Source: Pseudobdellovibrionaceae bacterium
GTDB taxonomy: Bacteria > Bdellovibrionota > Bdellovibrionia > Bdellovibrionales > UBA1609
Direction of reading: 5' to 3'
Assembly (NCBI GenBank): GCA_030591685.1
Contig: JAUVAX010000009.1
Coordinates: forward strand, 1,900-65,899
DNA length: 64,000 bases
The notes under the pieces: model-generated
What the model saw: only the letters and a program-made list of their open reading frames with translations
What the model was told of the DNA's origin: nothing
Database searches by the model: none
Position numbers and translations under genes: made by a program
Shown: positions 9,392 to 19,174 of the stretch, piece by piece
Layout: every line of letters begins with the position of its first letter
How positions within the stretch are numbered: the stretch's first letter is position 1

Positions 9392-10910
9392 AAAAATTGA
9401 AATTGGTAATAGAAAACTAAGTATTGAGGATGTTAACAAAATTTCCCTTGGGGCTCAGGTCGCTCTCAGCGATGACCCGAAATTTAGGGCAAAAATCCAG
9501 TCCTCCAGGGCCTTTTTGGACTCTATGCTTGCTTCAGGCTCTAAAATTTATGGGGTTACGACTGGGTTTGGAGACTCGTGCACTGTTGATATAGACAAGG
9601 ATTTATTGGGCCAGTTACCCATTAATATCACAAGGTATCACAGGTGTGGCCTGGGAGATGTTTTTAATCAAGCCGAGACTCGCGCTATACAGGCAGTGAG
9701 GCTTGCTTCTTTAGTAACAGGTGCCTCTGCTGTAACGGAGGAGTTGCTCGAGTCTTTGATTTGCCAAATGAATACAGGCGTCTACCCCCGCATCCCTAAA
9801 GAAGGAAGCGTGGGTGCAAGTGGTGATTTAACCCCCCTGGCATACCTAGCTTCGAGTTTGATTGGAGAGGGAGAGAGTTATTTTAATGGAGAGTTACGCC
9901 CAACAGGTGAAATTTATGAGTCAGAGGGGCTTAAGCCATACGTACTAAAGCCTAAAGAAGGCCTCGCTTTAATGAACGGTACGGCGGTTATGACAGCTTT
10001 AGCCTGCCTTGCTTTTGATAAGGCTGAGCGGATGGCGAAAATTTGTTGCCGATTGACCGCAATGAACGTAATGGCCATGAGGGGGAACCCAGCTCATTAT
10101 GATGAAGACTTATTTTTAGCTAAACATCACCCCGGGCAATTAGTCGCAGCAAAAATAGTAGCCGAGAATTTATCACTCTATAAACCAAATGAAGAGTCGT
10201 TGCGTTTGCAAGACCGGTATAGTCTTAGGTGCGCTCCTCATGTAATTGGGGTGCTGATGGACATGCTGCCAACTTTTCGACAAATGATTGAGGTTGAAAT
10301 TAATAGTGCAAACGACAACCCTTTAGTTGTCGCTGAAAAAGAAAAAATATTGCATGGGGGTAATTTTTACGGCGGACACATTGCTTTTGTTATGGATTCA
10401 ATGAAAACCCTTGTGGCAAATATTGCTGACCTTATGGACAGACAGTTGGCTTTACTTGTTGACCCAAAGTTTAATAATGGACTGCCGGCAAATTTATCTG
10501 GAGCTAATGGGAGAGCAAGGTCAGTTAACCATGGGTTCAAGGCCGTTCAGATCGCAGCTTCATCTTGGACCGCTGAGGCGCTTAAGCAATGTATGCCAGC
10601 GAGTGTTTTTTCAAGATCAACAGAATGTCATAATCAAGATAAGGTCAGTATGGGGACTATTGCAGCACGAGATTGTATGCGTGTGCTCGAACTTACTGAT
10701 CAGGTTGTAGCGGCCAATACCTTGGCGGCGTGCCAGGCCCTTTATTTAAGAGATTTAAGTCAAGACCTTTTGAGAGAGCAGTGGGGCCCAGAGGTTGAAA
10801 ATTTTTATAATATAATAAGAGAAGGCTCACCGGCTGTAGAAGAGGATCGCGCTTTAGAGATGGATTTAAGGGGCGTCATGGGTAGATTTAATGATGGAGG
10901 CTTAAAATAA
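9384..10910 (+). CDS. MIO-dependent aromatic amino-acid ammonia-lyase (HAL/TAL/PAL family)
   Basis: The MIO-forming triad Ala-Ser-Gly lies in GSVGASGDLTPLAYLA. YGVTTGFGDS motif. 508 aa. Confidence 0.85.
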   Translation: MIKKIEIGNRKLSIEDVNKISLGAQVALSDDPKFRAKIQSSRAFLDSMLASGSKIYGVTTGFGDSCTVDIDKDLLGQLPINITRYHRCGLGDVFNQAETRAIQAVRLASLVTGASAVTEELLESLICQMNTGVYPRIPKEGSVGASGDLTPLAYLASSLIGEGESYFNGELRPTGEIYESEGLKPYVLKPKEGLALMNGTAVMTALACLAFDKAERMAKICCRLTAMNVMAMRGNPAHYDEDLFLAKHHPGQLVAAKIVAENLSLYKPNEESLRLQDRYSLRCAPHVIGVLMDMLPTFRQMIEVEINSANDNPLVVAEKEKILHGGNFYGGHIAFVMDSMKTLVANIADLMDRQLALLVDPKFNNGLPANLSGANGRARSVNHGFKAVQIAASSWTAEALKQCMPASVFSRSTECHNQDKVSMGTIAARDCMRVLELTDQVVAANTLAACQALYLRDLSQDLLREQWGPEVENFYNIIREGSPAVEEDRALEMDLRGVMGRFNDGGLK

Positions 10911-10918
10911 AACATTTT

Positions 10919-11491
10919 TTGAGAAAGTTCGTATTTATTTTAATGTTTCTGAGCGTAGTGTCTAGTGCTAAAAGCAACTCAAGTACAAGCCCACCTCGGC
11001 CATTATTATCGGTGTTTAAGTCGGTAAGTGGTCAATTTAAACAAGAAAAGGAGATTAAGAGGTTAAAGTTAACCTTAAAGTCTTATGGTCGATTTGAAAT
11101 GGCCCCAGGTAAATTAGTGTGGATTCAGAGGGCTCCAATTAAAGGTCGATATGAGGTCAATCAACAAGAAATGAGACAGACCGTTGAGGGGCAGCCTGAG
11201 CAGGTAGTTTCTCGACAGAAAGTTCCAGAGCTGGCTCTGTTGTCAGATATGATGACTTGCGCGTTAAGTGGTGACCCAAAGTGTTTAGAAAAGAGTTTTA
11301 CAACAACAGAAGTTCAAATTAAAGATCGTGATAATTGGACCTTCACGCTCAAGCCTAAAGATAAATGGATTAAGAGGGTTTTGCTGGCGATGAAGATAAA
11401 AGGTGGGAAAAAGTTTGTTCGTGAAATAAGTATCATTGAAAAAAGCGGAAACACCTCCGTTATTTCCTTTTATAATATTCGAGGGAGATAA
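10919..11491 (+). CDS. LolA-like periplasmic lipid carrier (ApeL-like)
   Basis: 190 aa with a signal peptide (MRKFVFILMFLSVVSSAKS). Its size and position immediately before the MMPL exporter match ape clusters. No catalytic motif was expected. Confidence 0.45.
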   Translation: MRKFVFILMFLSVVSSAKSNSSTSPPRPLLSVFKSVSGQFKQEKEIKRLKLTLKSYGRFEMAPGKLVWIQRAPIKGRYEVNQQEMRQTVEGQPEQVVSRQKVPELALLSDMMTCALSGDPKCLEKSFTTTEVQIKDRDNWTFTLKPKDKWIKRVLLAMKIKGGKKFVREISIIEKSGNTSVISFYNIRGR

Positions 11492-11494
11492 GAG

Positions 11495-13774
11495 TTGCGC
11501 AAAGTTGGCTTTATTTTTTGGGTTCTTTCATTTGCATCAAGCCTATACTTTAGCTTAGAGCTTTATGACAAAGGTATAAACCTAGATACAAATTTTTTGA
11601 CCTTTATTTCAGAGACACAAAAATATGATAGCGCTAAGCGAGCTCAGGAGTTGTATGAGAGTCGTAACCTGCAGTATGCGATAATAACCTTAAGTTCAAA
11701 AAATAAAAAAAATATTCTTAACTTTACTCCCATTTTAGCTAAAAAGTTTTGTGAGTCAAAAAGTGTTAATTATTGCAACTGGAGCTCTGAGGGGGGCTCA
11801 AACCTATACTCTTTTTATTATCCCTATAGAAAATACTTAATAAGCCCAGGGCAACTAGATTATTTTGAAAAAACAGATAAAAAAATAATAATTAAAAAGC
11901 GTTTGCAAGAAATATACTCACCCTTAGCAATGACTGAAAGCTCCCAGTTGAGCTCGGACCCATTGGGTATAATGAGTAGTTTTTTTAGATCATTGCTCCC
12001 TGTGGGGGGATTTATGCCCGATGAGGGCTTGTTGATTTCAAATTCAGGAGGAGCCTTTCATTCTTTAATCACTTTGAAATTTGACATGAATAGGCCAGGT
12101 ATCGAGAAAGAGGTCAGCCATTTAGTTGTTGAGGCAAAAAAACGGCTCGCCTTAGCGCCTGAAATAAAAATGAATGCTGTTTCAGGTCTTTTATATTTTT
12201 CAGAGGGGGCAAAACAAAGCACCACTGAGGCGAGCACTCTAGGTCTGCTCTCACTTTGTCTTGTTATGTTATTAATTGTGCTGGTTTGGAGAAGTGCGCT
12301 CCCGTTGTTGGCAACGTTTCTAACAGTTATATTTAGTAGTTCAGTGGGTTTTTTATTTTGTTACCTTGTGTATTCTCGTATACATATTGCCTGCTTGTTG
12401 ATGGGGATTGGCCTTATGGGTGTTGTTTCTGATTATTGTATTCATTACTTTAGTCACAACACAGAAGGTCACTATGGATTACAAAAATCAACTCTAAGGG
12501 CAATTATAAAACCATTTTTATTGAGCTTATTGACTAGCATAGTTGGTTATGCAGGATTTTATTTTACTGGAGTTATTGTTTTGCAACAATTGGCTGTTTT
12601 TGCTGTATTTGGCCTTTTGGCAGCAGCTCTGACTGTGTTTTTTTTGTACCCTTGCTTGCCAAAAAATCGAAAGCCATTAACTGGAGTTGTCGTCAGTTTT
12701 ATTTGTGGATTTTCACGATTTAGAACTTCAATGATGTCATTATCTCCTGTTACCGGTAAACTGGCTGTAATTTGCCTTATTTTAGGTGTGGGCCTATTAC
12801 CTAAAATTAGGTTTGATGATGATGTTAGAAAATTACAAAAGCCAAATTCAGAACTAGCAAAACAAGAACGAATTATTCAAGACTTAACGGGGGTAAAGAG
12901 GCAATCTCAATACTACCTCATTGAGGCGGAGTCAGACCAGCAGTTGTTGCAAACCGAGGAGCATCTCTCACGACTTAATGATAAGCGTCCCAACCGCGCT
13001 GAGTTGAGCCGCTTGTCGTCTTGGATCCCCAGCCATAGTCGTCAAAGTTTAAGTCGGACGGGGTACAATAATTTACAAGGTCTCGTTGTGGACTTTTATA
13101 TAAGACTGGGGGTTGAAAATCCAAAATGGCAGGCCTCAAGGGTTTACAGGGAGAACTCAACCCCGAAGTTAAATGTTAAAGATTGGATGAATAGGTTTGG
13201 ACACCTTCCGGTTGCTGATCAATATTTGGGTAAGAGTGGCAAGTATTTTTATAGTATTGTGAGAGTTGAGAGCGGTAATTTTATGCGGGAATCTGAACTG
13301 CCAAATGGTGTGAAGATAATTACTAGAACTAAAGAGGTCAGCAAGTTTTTTAAAGAGTTAAGAAGCAATGTGATGTTAATGATTTTATGCTTAGTGGTGG
13401 CGGCACTTGTACTTATAGCTTTATTTACGGGTTACAAAATGGCATTAGAGGTTTGCTTGGCACCGTGCATGGGCCTAGTTTGGTCGGCTCTTATGTGTTT
13501 TTGGATAGTTGGATATTTAGATTTGTTTCATATTTTAGGACTAGTCTTAGTGTTTTTTCTGAGTATAGATTATAGTTTTTTTAATTCCTTTAGTCTTCCT
13601 GGCCAAGATGACTCGGTAGATATTGGGATTGGTGTTTCTGTTTTTACAACCATATTTTCTTTCGGAGTTTTGATTTTTAGTCAGACAGCGGCTATACACC
13701 ATTTTGGCATGAGTGTGCTTATTGGTATTACAGTGAGTTATTTGTTTACAGTTCAGCGAGGAGCCAAGTTTTGA
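11495..13774 (+). CDS. MMPL/RND-superfamily exporter (ApeM-like)
   Basis: 759 aa with two bundles of about 5-6 TM helices, each preceded by a large soluble loop. This is the typical MMPL architecture. TTG start. Confidence 0.7.
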   Translation: MRKVGFIFWVLSFASSLYFSLELYDKGINLDTNFLTFISETQKYDSAKRAQELYESRNLQYAIITLSSKNKKNILNFTPILAKKFCESKSVNYCNWSSEGGSNLYSFYYPYRKYLISPGQLDYFEKTDKKIIIKKRLQEIYSPLAMTESSQLSSDPLGIMSSFFRSLLPVGGFMPDEGLLISNSGGAFHSLITLKFDMNRPGIEKEVSHLVVEAKKRLALAPEIKMNAVSGLLYFSEGAKQSTTEASTLGLLSLCLVMLLIVLVWRSALPLLATFLTVIFSSSVGFLFCYLVYSRIHIACLLMGIGLMGVVSDYCIHYFSHNTEGHYGLQKSTLRAIIKPFLLSLLTSIVGYAGFYFTGVIVLQQLAVFAVFGLLAAALTVFFLYPCLPKNRKPLTGVVVSFICGFSRFRTSMMSLSPVTGKLAVICLILGVGLLPKIRFDDDVRKLQKPNSELAKQERIIQDLTGVKRQSQYYLIEAESDQQLLQTEEHLSRLNDKRPNRAELSRLSSWIPSHSRQSLSRTGYNNLQGLVVDFYIRLGVENPKWQASRVYRENSTPKLNVKDWMNRFGHLPVADQYLGKSGKYFYSIVRVESGNFMRESELPNGVKIITRTKEVSKFFKELRSNVMLMILCLVVAALVLIALFTGYKMALEVCLAPCMGLVWSALMCFWIVGYLDLFHILGLVLVFFLSIDYSFFNSFSLPGQDDSVDIGIGVSVFTTIFSFGVLIFSQTAAIHHFGMSVLIGITVSYLFTVQRGAKF

Positions 13775-14340
13775 GGGCCATCCTAATAATGAGTGCTCTT
13801 TTGATATCTTGTAGTAGCCTCAAAATGCAGCGAATTAAGGAGCTTCATTACTCTAAAGATTTTTCAGTATCAGTTCAAAATATATCAAGTTTATTAAGCG
13901 AGTTTCGACAGCATCAAGTTTTTACTATGATCTATGAAAAAAAGAAAATTTCTGTGGCCTCGGTCTTACAATTTAAAAATGATTCTTTGAACCTTCTTGC
14001 CTATACGCCTATGGGTCTTTCAATGTTTGAGGCCGAATTTAAGAATGGAAAATTAAGTTACAAGGCGCCCCGTTTTTTACCCAATAAATTTAGGCCAGAT
14101 AGTGTGTTATTTGACATAATCTTGATTTATTCAGATTATGTGGGCTTAAAGTCATCTGTCAGCAATGATGTTAGAGTAGAGCAGGAGAAAAACAAAAGGT
14201 TTATTTACGTAAAGAATAAAAAAATAATTATTATTGAGTATCTCCCAACAGCGACGAACACAAAGCAAATAAACTTTGATAACCTTCAGAAAAATTATAA
14301 ATTTTATCTTCAGGTTAAAAAAGAGGGCTTTGATGAATGA
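13771..14340 (+). CDS. DUF3261-like lipoprotein (ApeN-like)
   Basis: Lipoprotein signal peptide with a lipobox (MRAILIMSALLISC). TTG start overlapping the exporter stop. Syntenic position. Confidence 0.5.
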   Translation: MRAILIMSALLISCSSLKMQRIKELHYSKDFSVSVQNISSLLSEFRQHQVFTMIYEKKKISVASVLQFKNDSLNLLAYTPMGLSMFEAEFKNGKLSYKAPRFLPNKFRPDSVLFDIILIYSDYVGLKSSVSNDVRVEQEKNKRFIYVKNKKIIIIEYLPTATNTKQINFDNLQKNYKFYLQVKKEGFDE

Positions 14341-15508
14341 TCTTTACATCAATGACTTTGAAATAAACTGCAGCCTCGGAGAGGGGGCTGCTGAAGTTAA
14401 AAAAAATTTATTGAACCCAAACTTTGAAGCTCACCCTACGAAAGTTGAATTGGTTTCTGGACGGACTACGCTGTTTTTTAGCGTACAGGGGCCGTTAAGT
14501 GATTTGCCAATGCTGCATACTGAGTTTAATTCAAGAAATAATCAGTTAGCATTGTCGACATTACGAAACCTTAAGTCCAATGTGGATCGCTTAAAGGTCA
14601 AATATGGCAGTCATCGTATAGGCGTTGTTACTGCGACCTCAACAACGGGGATTGATTATTTTGAGAGAGCTCTGTTAGAAGGCAACGGTGAGCTTGAAAT
14701 TAAAAATTATAATATGAGCTTGCAAGAGGTGGGGAGCTTAAATTCTTTTGTTTCAAGCTATTTAGGTTTAAATTCATTGAGTTATGGTATTTCAACAGCG
14801 TGTTCGTCTGGAGCCAAAGTGTTTGCTGAAGCACAGCGATTAATCTTTGGAGGTTTTTGTGATGCGGTTGTTGTTGGTGGATGCGATAGTTTTTGTGATT
14901 TGACAGTGAATGGTTTTGACTCCTTAGGGGCGACATCAGAGAGTATTTGCGCTCCCTTTTCTGAGCACCGAAGTGGGATCAATATTGGTGAGGGGGCGGC
15001 GTTTTTTATAATTAGTCGTGAGCCCTCAGAGTATAAAATTTTAGCCGTTGGTGAGTCTTCGGATGCATTTCATATCTCCTCGCCGGAGCCAGAGGGTAAG
15101 GGTGCAGAACTTGCAATTAGAAAGGCTCTCAAGCAGGCGAACAAGGGCCCCCAAGATATTTCGTACATAAATTTACACGGAACGGCAACGAGGAGAAATG
15201 ACTCTATGGAGGCCTTGTTGGTGAATCGAATATTTGGTGCCGATGTGCCGGTAAGCAGCACAAAGCCGATGGCGGGGCACACGCTTGGTGCTGCAGGGGC
15301 TATTGAGGTGGCCTTTTGTTTATTATGCTTATCGGATGTAAATAATGAGGGCCGACTCCCTGTTCAGCAAGGGGGGGAGGAGTGGGACTCTGGTATTCCG
15401 AAACTAAACTTTGTGACGAGGAGCGCAAGATCTAGCGGTTCAGTGATGATGAGTAACTCTTTTGCCTTTGGGGGGAGCAATGCCTCTGTTATCCTTGAGG
15501 GGATATGA
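14333..15508 (+). CDS. Beta-ketoacyl-ACP synthase (ApeO-like KS)
   Basis: Cys-His-His triad context: GISTACSSGAKVF, NLHGTATRRND, MAGHTLGAAG. The ATG at 14333 (MNDLYIND) overlaps the upstream stop by 8 nt, whereas the track start at 14276 would overlap by 65 nt. Confidence 0.85.
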   Translation: MNDLYINDFEINCSLGEGAAEVKKNLLNPNFEAHPTKVELVSGRTTLFFSVQGPLSDLPMLHTEFNSRNNQLALSTLRNLKSNVDRLKVKYGSHRIGVVTATSTTGIDYFERALLEGNGELEIKNYNMSLQEVGSLNSFVSSYLGLNSLSYGISTACSSGAKVFAEAQRLIFGGFCDAVVVGGCDSFCDLTVNGFDSLGATSESICAPFSEHRSGINIGEGAAFFIISREPSEYKILAVGESSDAFHISSPEPEGKGAELAIRKALKQANKGPQDISYINLHGTATRRNDSMEALLVNRIFGADVPVSSTKPMAGHTLGAAGAIEVAFCLLCLSDVNNEGRLPVQQGGEEWDSGIPKLNFVTRSARSSGSVMMSNSFAFGGSNASVILEGI

Positions 15509-15963
15509 TAGAAATGATTGATATTCAAAACCTAATACCGCATCGCTACCCTATGATATTAATTGATAAAGTGTTGTCGGTTGAAGAGGATAAAATAAGG
15601 TGCGAAGTTAAAATACGTCGAGATTCGTTTTTATGTGAAAACAATCGAGTCCCATCTTATTTGGGCGTTGAGTATATAGCCCAAAGCATAGCTGCTTTTG
15701 GGGGGGCTCAAAATTATGAAAAAACAAGAGCGCCTCAAGTAGGTTTTTTATTGGGAGTAAGGGGATATAAATCGAGCCGTTCATATTTTAATGTAGGAGA
15801 GGTATTAACAACCCAAGTAAGGGCTAAGTTCTTTGAGGGCAGTTTGGGTAGTTTTTCAGGGGACATATTCATTGACGGAAAACACATTGTTCGGACCGAT
15901 ATGACAACCTTCAGGCCCGATGAAAAACAGTTAAAAGAATTAAAGGAACATATTTATGGGTAA
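15505..15963 (+). CDS. Hotdog-fold 3-hydroxyacyl-ACP dehydratase (ApeP-like)
   Basis: IPHRYPMILIDKV resembles the FabZ N-terminal motif. ATGA overlap with the KS gene. Confidence 0.7.
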   Translation: MIEMIDIQNLIPHRYPMILIDKVLSVEEDKIRCEVKIRRDSFLCENNRVPSYLGVEYIAQSIAAFGGAQNYEKTRAPQVGFLLGVRGYKSSRSYFNVGEVLTTQVRAKFFEGSLGSFSGDIFIDGKHIVRTDMTTFRPDEKQLKELKEHIYG

Positions 15964-16690
15964 AAATTTAAAACAAATACTTGTTACGGGAGCCAGCAAA
16001 GGAATCGGAAGAGGAATTGCATGTCGTTTATCTGAGTCAGACTATGAAGTTGTTGTGCACTATAGGCAGGATGAAGAAGGTGCTGTGAGTACTATTGATC
16101 AAATTAAGGAGCTTGGCGGTCGAGGTCGAATTTTAGGGTTTGACGTTACTGACCGTGAGCAGACTAGAGAAGCTTTAGAGATTGATATGAATAATAACGG
16201 TGCTTACTATGGTATAGTCACCAATGCTGGAATTGCTAAGGATGCGCCCTTTCCAGGAATGACAGATGAAGAGTGGGATCAAGTTATAGATACAAACTTG
16301 AATGGATTTTATAATGTAGTTCGGCCCTGTGTGATGCCAATGATTCGAAGACGGGAGCCTGGTCGAATAGTTGCTATGACCTCTGTATCAGGCTTAGTAG
16401 GTAACCGTGGTCAGGTTAATTATAGTGCAAGTAAGAGTGCAATTATTGGTGCTACAAAAGCATTGTCGTTAGAGTTAGCAAAAAGAAATATTACAGTAAA
16501 TTGCGTGGCACCGGGACTGATCGATACAGGTATGATTTCAGAGGAAATTTGGAACTATGCAAAGCCAATGGTTCCTTTGAAGCGAATGGGAACGGTTCGT
16601 GAGGTATCTAGTATGGTTAATTTTTTGATGTCTGATGAGGCTAGTTATATCACGCGGCAAGTGATTTCTGTAAATGGAGGCATGGTGTGA
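15956..16690 (+). CDS. 3-oxoacyl-ACP reductase (SDR, FabG/ApeQ-like)
   Basis: TGASKGIGRGIA cofactor motif. Catalytic YSASK (YxxxK). 244 aa. Confidence 0.9.
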   Translation: MGKNLKQILVTGASKGIGRGIACRLSESDYEVVVHYRQDEEGAVSTIDQIKELGGRGRILGFDVTDREQTREALEIDMNNNGAYYGIVTNAGIAKDAPFPGMTDEEWDQVIDTNLNGFYNVVRPCVMPMIRRREPGRIVAMTSVSGLVGNRGQVNYSASKSAIIGATKALSLELAKRNITVNCVAPGLIDTGMISEEIWNYAKPMVPLKRMGTVREVSSMVNFLMSDEASYITRQVISVNGGMV

Positions 16691-17922
16691 CAAGGCGAAG
16701 AGTTGTTGTAACAGGTTATTCAGGAGTTACGGCTCTAGGCAATAATTATTCTGACATTAGTCAACGACTTCGTGGGTATGAAAATGCCGTACAAAAAATG
16801 TTTGAATGGGAGTGCTTTGAGGGCATGCATACATCTTTAGCGGCGCCGATTAGGGATTTTCAGCTTCCAAGCCATTTTACTCGAAAGATGACTCGATCTA
16901 TGGGGCCCGTTGCTAAAATGGCAAGCTTAGCTTCTGAGGAGGCTCTTAGGAGTGCGGGGCTCTTGGGGGCTGAGTGCGTTTCTGATGGTCAAATGGGGGT
17001 TGCTTATGGCTCTTGCACCGGAAGTACCGATGCTGTTAGAGACTTCGTAAATATGCTCACAAATCATAATACCAAAGGAATCACAGCCACCACCTATATT
17101 AAGATGATGAGTCATACATGCGCCGTTAATATTTCGCTTTTATTTGGCATAAAGGGTCGAGTAGTAACAACCACATCGGCTTGTACCTCAGGGAGTCAGG
17201 GGATAGGGTACGGGTATGAAGCCATAAAATATGGCAACCAAAAATTAATGCTGGCAGGGGGGGCCGAGGAGTTATGCCCCAGTGAGGCCGCGGTATTTGA
17301 TACTTTATTTGCAACAAGTACTAAAAATTCAACACCTAAATTAACCCCCTCTCCGTTTGATAAAGATCGTGATGGATTGGTTTTGGGCGAAGGAGCCTCG
17401 ACTTTAATTTTAGAGGAGCTTGAGCACGCTGAGGCACGGGGAGCAACAATACATGCTGAGCTGGTGGGTTTTGGCACAAACTGTGATGCTCAGCACGTAA
17501 CGACCCCGTCAAAGGATACAATGAAAATTACCATGGAGTTGGCGCTCCGTGATGCCGGCTTGCAGCCAAATGATATTGGTTATATTAATGGTCATGGCAC
17601 GGCGACAGATCGCGGTGATATAGCTGAATCCATTGCAACATATGAGCTGTTTGGTGAGAAGGTTCCATTTAGTACTTTAAAGAGTTACTTTGGACATACC
17701 TTGGGTGCGTGTGGCGCACTAGAGTCATGGTTAAGCATAGAGATGATGAAAGAGTCATGGCTGGCGCCAACGATAAATCTAGAAATCCCTGATGAAAACT
17801 GTGCTCCTCTAAACTATATAATGAAACAAGGGCTTGAGACTGAAGTGACGCACATAATGAGTAATAATTTTGCTTTTGGTGGAATAAATACATCTTTAAT
17901 TTTTAAGAAGTGGAATGCGTAA
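16687..17922 (+). CDS. Beta-ketoacyl-ACP synthase II-type (ApeR-like KS)
   Basis: TTTSACTSGSQGIG, NGHGTATDRGD and YFGHTLGACG give a complete Cys-His-His triad. GTGA overlap start. Confidence 0.9.
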   Translation: MTRRRVVVTGYSGVTALGNNYSDISQRLRGYENAVQKMFEWECFEGMHTSLAAPIRDFQLPSHFTRKMTRSMGPVAKMASLASEEALRSAGLLGAECVSDGQMGVAYGSCTGSTDAVRDFVNMLTNHNTKGITATTYIKMMSHTCAVNISLLFGIKGRVVTTTSACTSGSQGIGYGYEAIKYGNQKLMLAGGAEELCPSEAAVFDTLFATSTKNSTPKLTPSPFDKDRDGLVLGEGASTLILEELEHAEARGATIHAELVGFGTNCDAQHVTTPSKDTMKITMELALRDAGLQPNDIGYINGHGTATDRGDIAESIATYELFGEKVPFSTLKSYFGHTLGACGALESWLSIEMMKESWLAPTINLEIPDENCAPLNYIMKQGLETEVTHIMSNNFAFGGINTSLIFKKWNA

Positions 17923-18652
17923 GCTGCCAATAATTTTTTTATACGAGGACTCGGGTCATAGCGATGTTTTAGAGCCTAGTCCCCAGTTATGTGAGCATGA
18001 TCAGCGACGAGTATTAAAAATTACATCTGACAAAAAGAGAACTGAATTTTTAAAATCGAGGTCAATTTTAAATTCGATCTTAACTCAGTATTTTAAATTA
18101 TCACCAAAGTTATTTAAAAAAAGAGATAATGGCCAGCCATACATGGACGGAAATAATTTATCAATCAGCCTGAGTCATTCTCAAAATTTTTTTGCCTATG
18201 GGTTTTCGGGCCCTGAAACTGAGGTAGGGATTGATGTCGAAGCAAAGGAGCTAAGTTCTGCCGTACTAGAGAGGACTTTAATGTATTTTTCAGAACAAGA
18301 GGTGACAGCTTTAAAGAGCGTGAGCTCTCAGAGGACTGTACAAAAAAAATTATTTAGACAACTTTGGACACTAAAGGAGTCGTACTATAAAGTAAATAAC
18401 GGCAGTTCGGCATTAAAAGAAACTCTGAATTTAAATTTTAACCTTAAAGAGAGCAGCATTTCTTTTACAAAAGCACCTCTTTTAACAAAGCGACCACAGT
18501 TTTTTACCTTTTCTGGTGGTAAGGTAGGCCTTTCAACGTGCATTATGGGCAGTGGTATTGATTCTATTAAGTGCTTGGAAAACAAGTCTTCAGCGTTGAC
18601 GAGCTTTAAAGAAAGCGATAAAGCTTTTACGAAACTATATGTTAAGGAGTAG
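17915..18652 (+). CDS. Sfp-type 4'-phosphopantetheinyl transferase
   Basis: GIDVEAKE and WTLKESYYK motifs (G-x-D-x-E and W-x-x-KE-x-x-K). The start overlaps the KS stop. Confidence 0.75.
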   Translation: MRKLPIIFLYEDSGHSDVLEPSPQLCEHDQRRVLKITSDKKRTEFLKSRSILNSILTQYFKLSPKLFKKRDNGQPYMDGNNLSISLSHSQNFFAYGFSGPETEVGIDVEAKELSSAVLERTLMYFSEQEVTALKSVSSQRTVQKKLFRQLWTLKESYYKVNNGSSALKETLNLNFNLKESSISFTKAPLLTKRPQFFTFSGGKVGLSTCIMGSGIDSIKCLENKSSALTSFKESDKAFTKLYVKE

Positions 18653-18654
18653 TT

Positions 18655-19092
18655 ATGATAAAATTCACATTAACTTTAATCGCATTGAGTGTGCTGTTTT
18701 CTGGTAATACCCACGCAAGAAACGATAAATTAAAGCTCCCAATAAAAGATGCGATGTCTGCTGTCGCGGCTAAAAAGAAACTGGGCGGAGACGTTAAGTT
18801 CTTTTTTGGATCGAAAAATAAATTAAAAATCAAAAAGAACTTCGGAGAATTTACTTCGAATAAAAAAACCTATGCACTTAATGAAACTGACAAAGAAGCT
18901 TGTGAATGGGCCTTTTTATCAGCAATGTTAAGCTTTCAAGATCGAGCCAGAAGCTTAGGCGGAAACGCGGTCATTAATATTAAAAGTTTCTATTATAAAA
19001 ACACCATTGATAGTTCTAAAGTATATGAATGTGGTGCGGGAGCCGTTGTGTCAGGGGTAACATTCACCGGAGATGTCGTAATCCTTAAATAA
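18655..19092 (+). CDS. Small exported protein of unknown function, probably co-transcribed with the cluster
   Basis: 145 aa with a signal peptide (MIKFTLTLIALSVLFSGNTHA). It starts 2 nt after the PPTase stop. Confidence 0.55.
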   Translation: MIKFTLTLIALSVLFSGNTHARNDKLKLPIKDAMSAVAAKKKLGGDVKFFFGSKNKLKIKKNFGEFTSNKKTYALNETDKEACEWAFLSAMLSFQDRARSLGGNAVINIKSFYYKNTIDSSKVYECGAGAVVSGVTFTGDVVILK

Positions 19093-19174
19093 ATATGAAC
19101 CTGAAGTAAAGCGCAGGGCTTTTGTTAAGGCGTTTGAAGTAAAATTTTTTATTTATTACATGGGTGGGCTGAGG

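Noticed and set aside
10411-10710. 99-aa plus-strand ORF inside the ammonia-lyase gene, and other nested ORFs (505..741, 13387..13575, 24496..24693, 25306..25545, 39194..39505)
   Set aside because: These are out-of-frame ORFs embedded in genes with strong motif support. They have no independent RBS or motif evidence.
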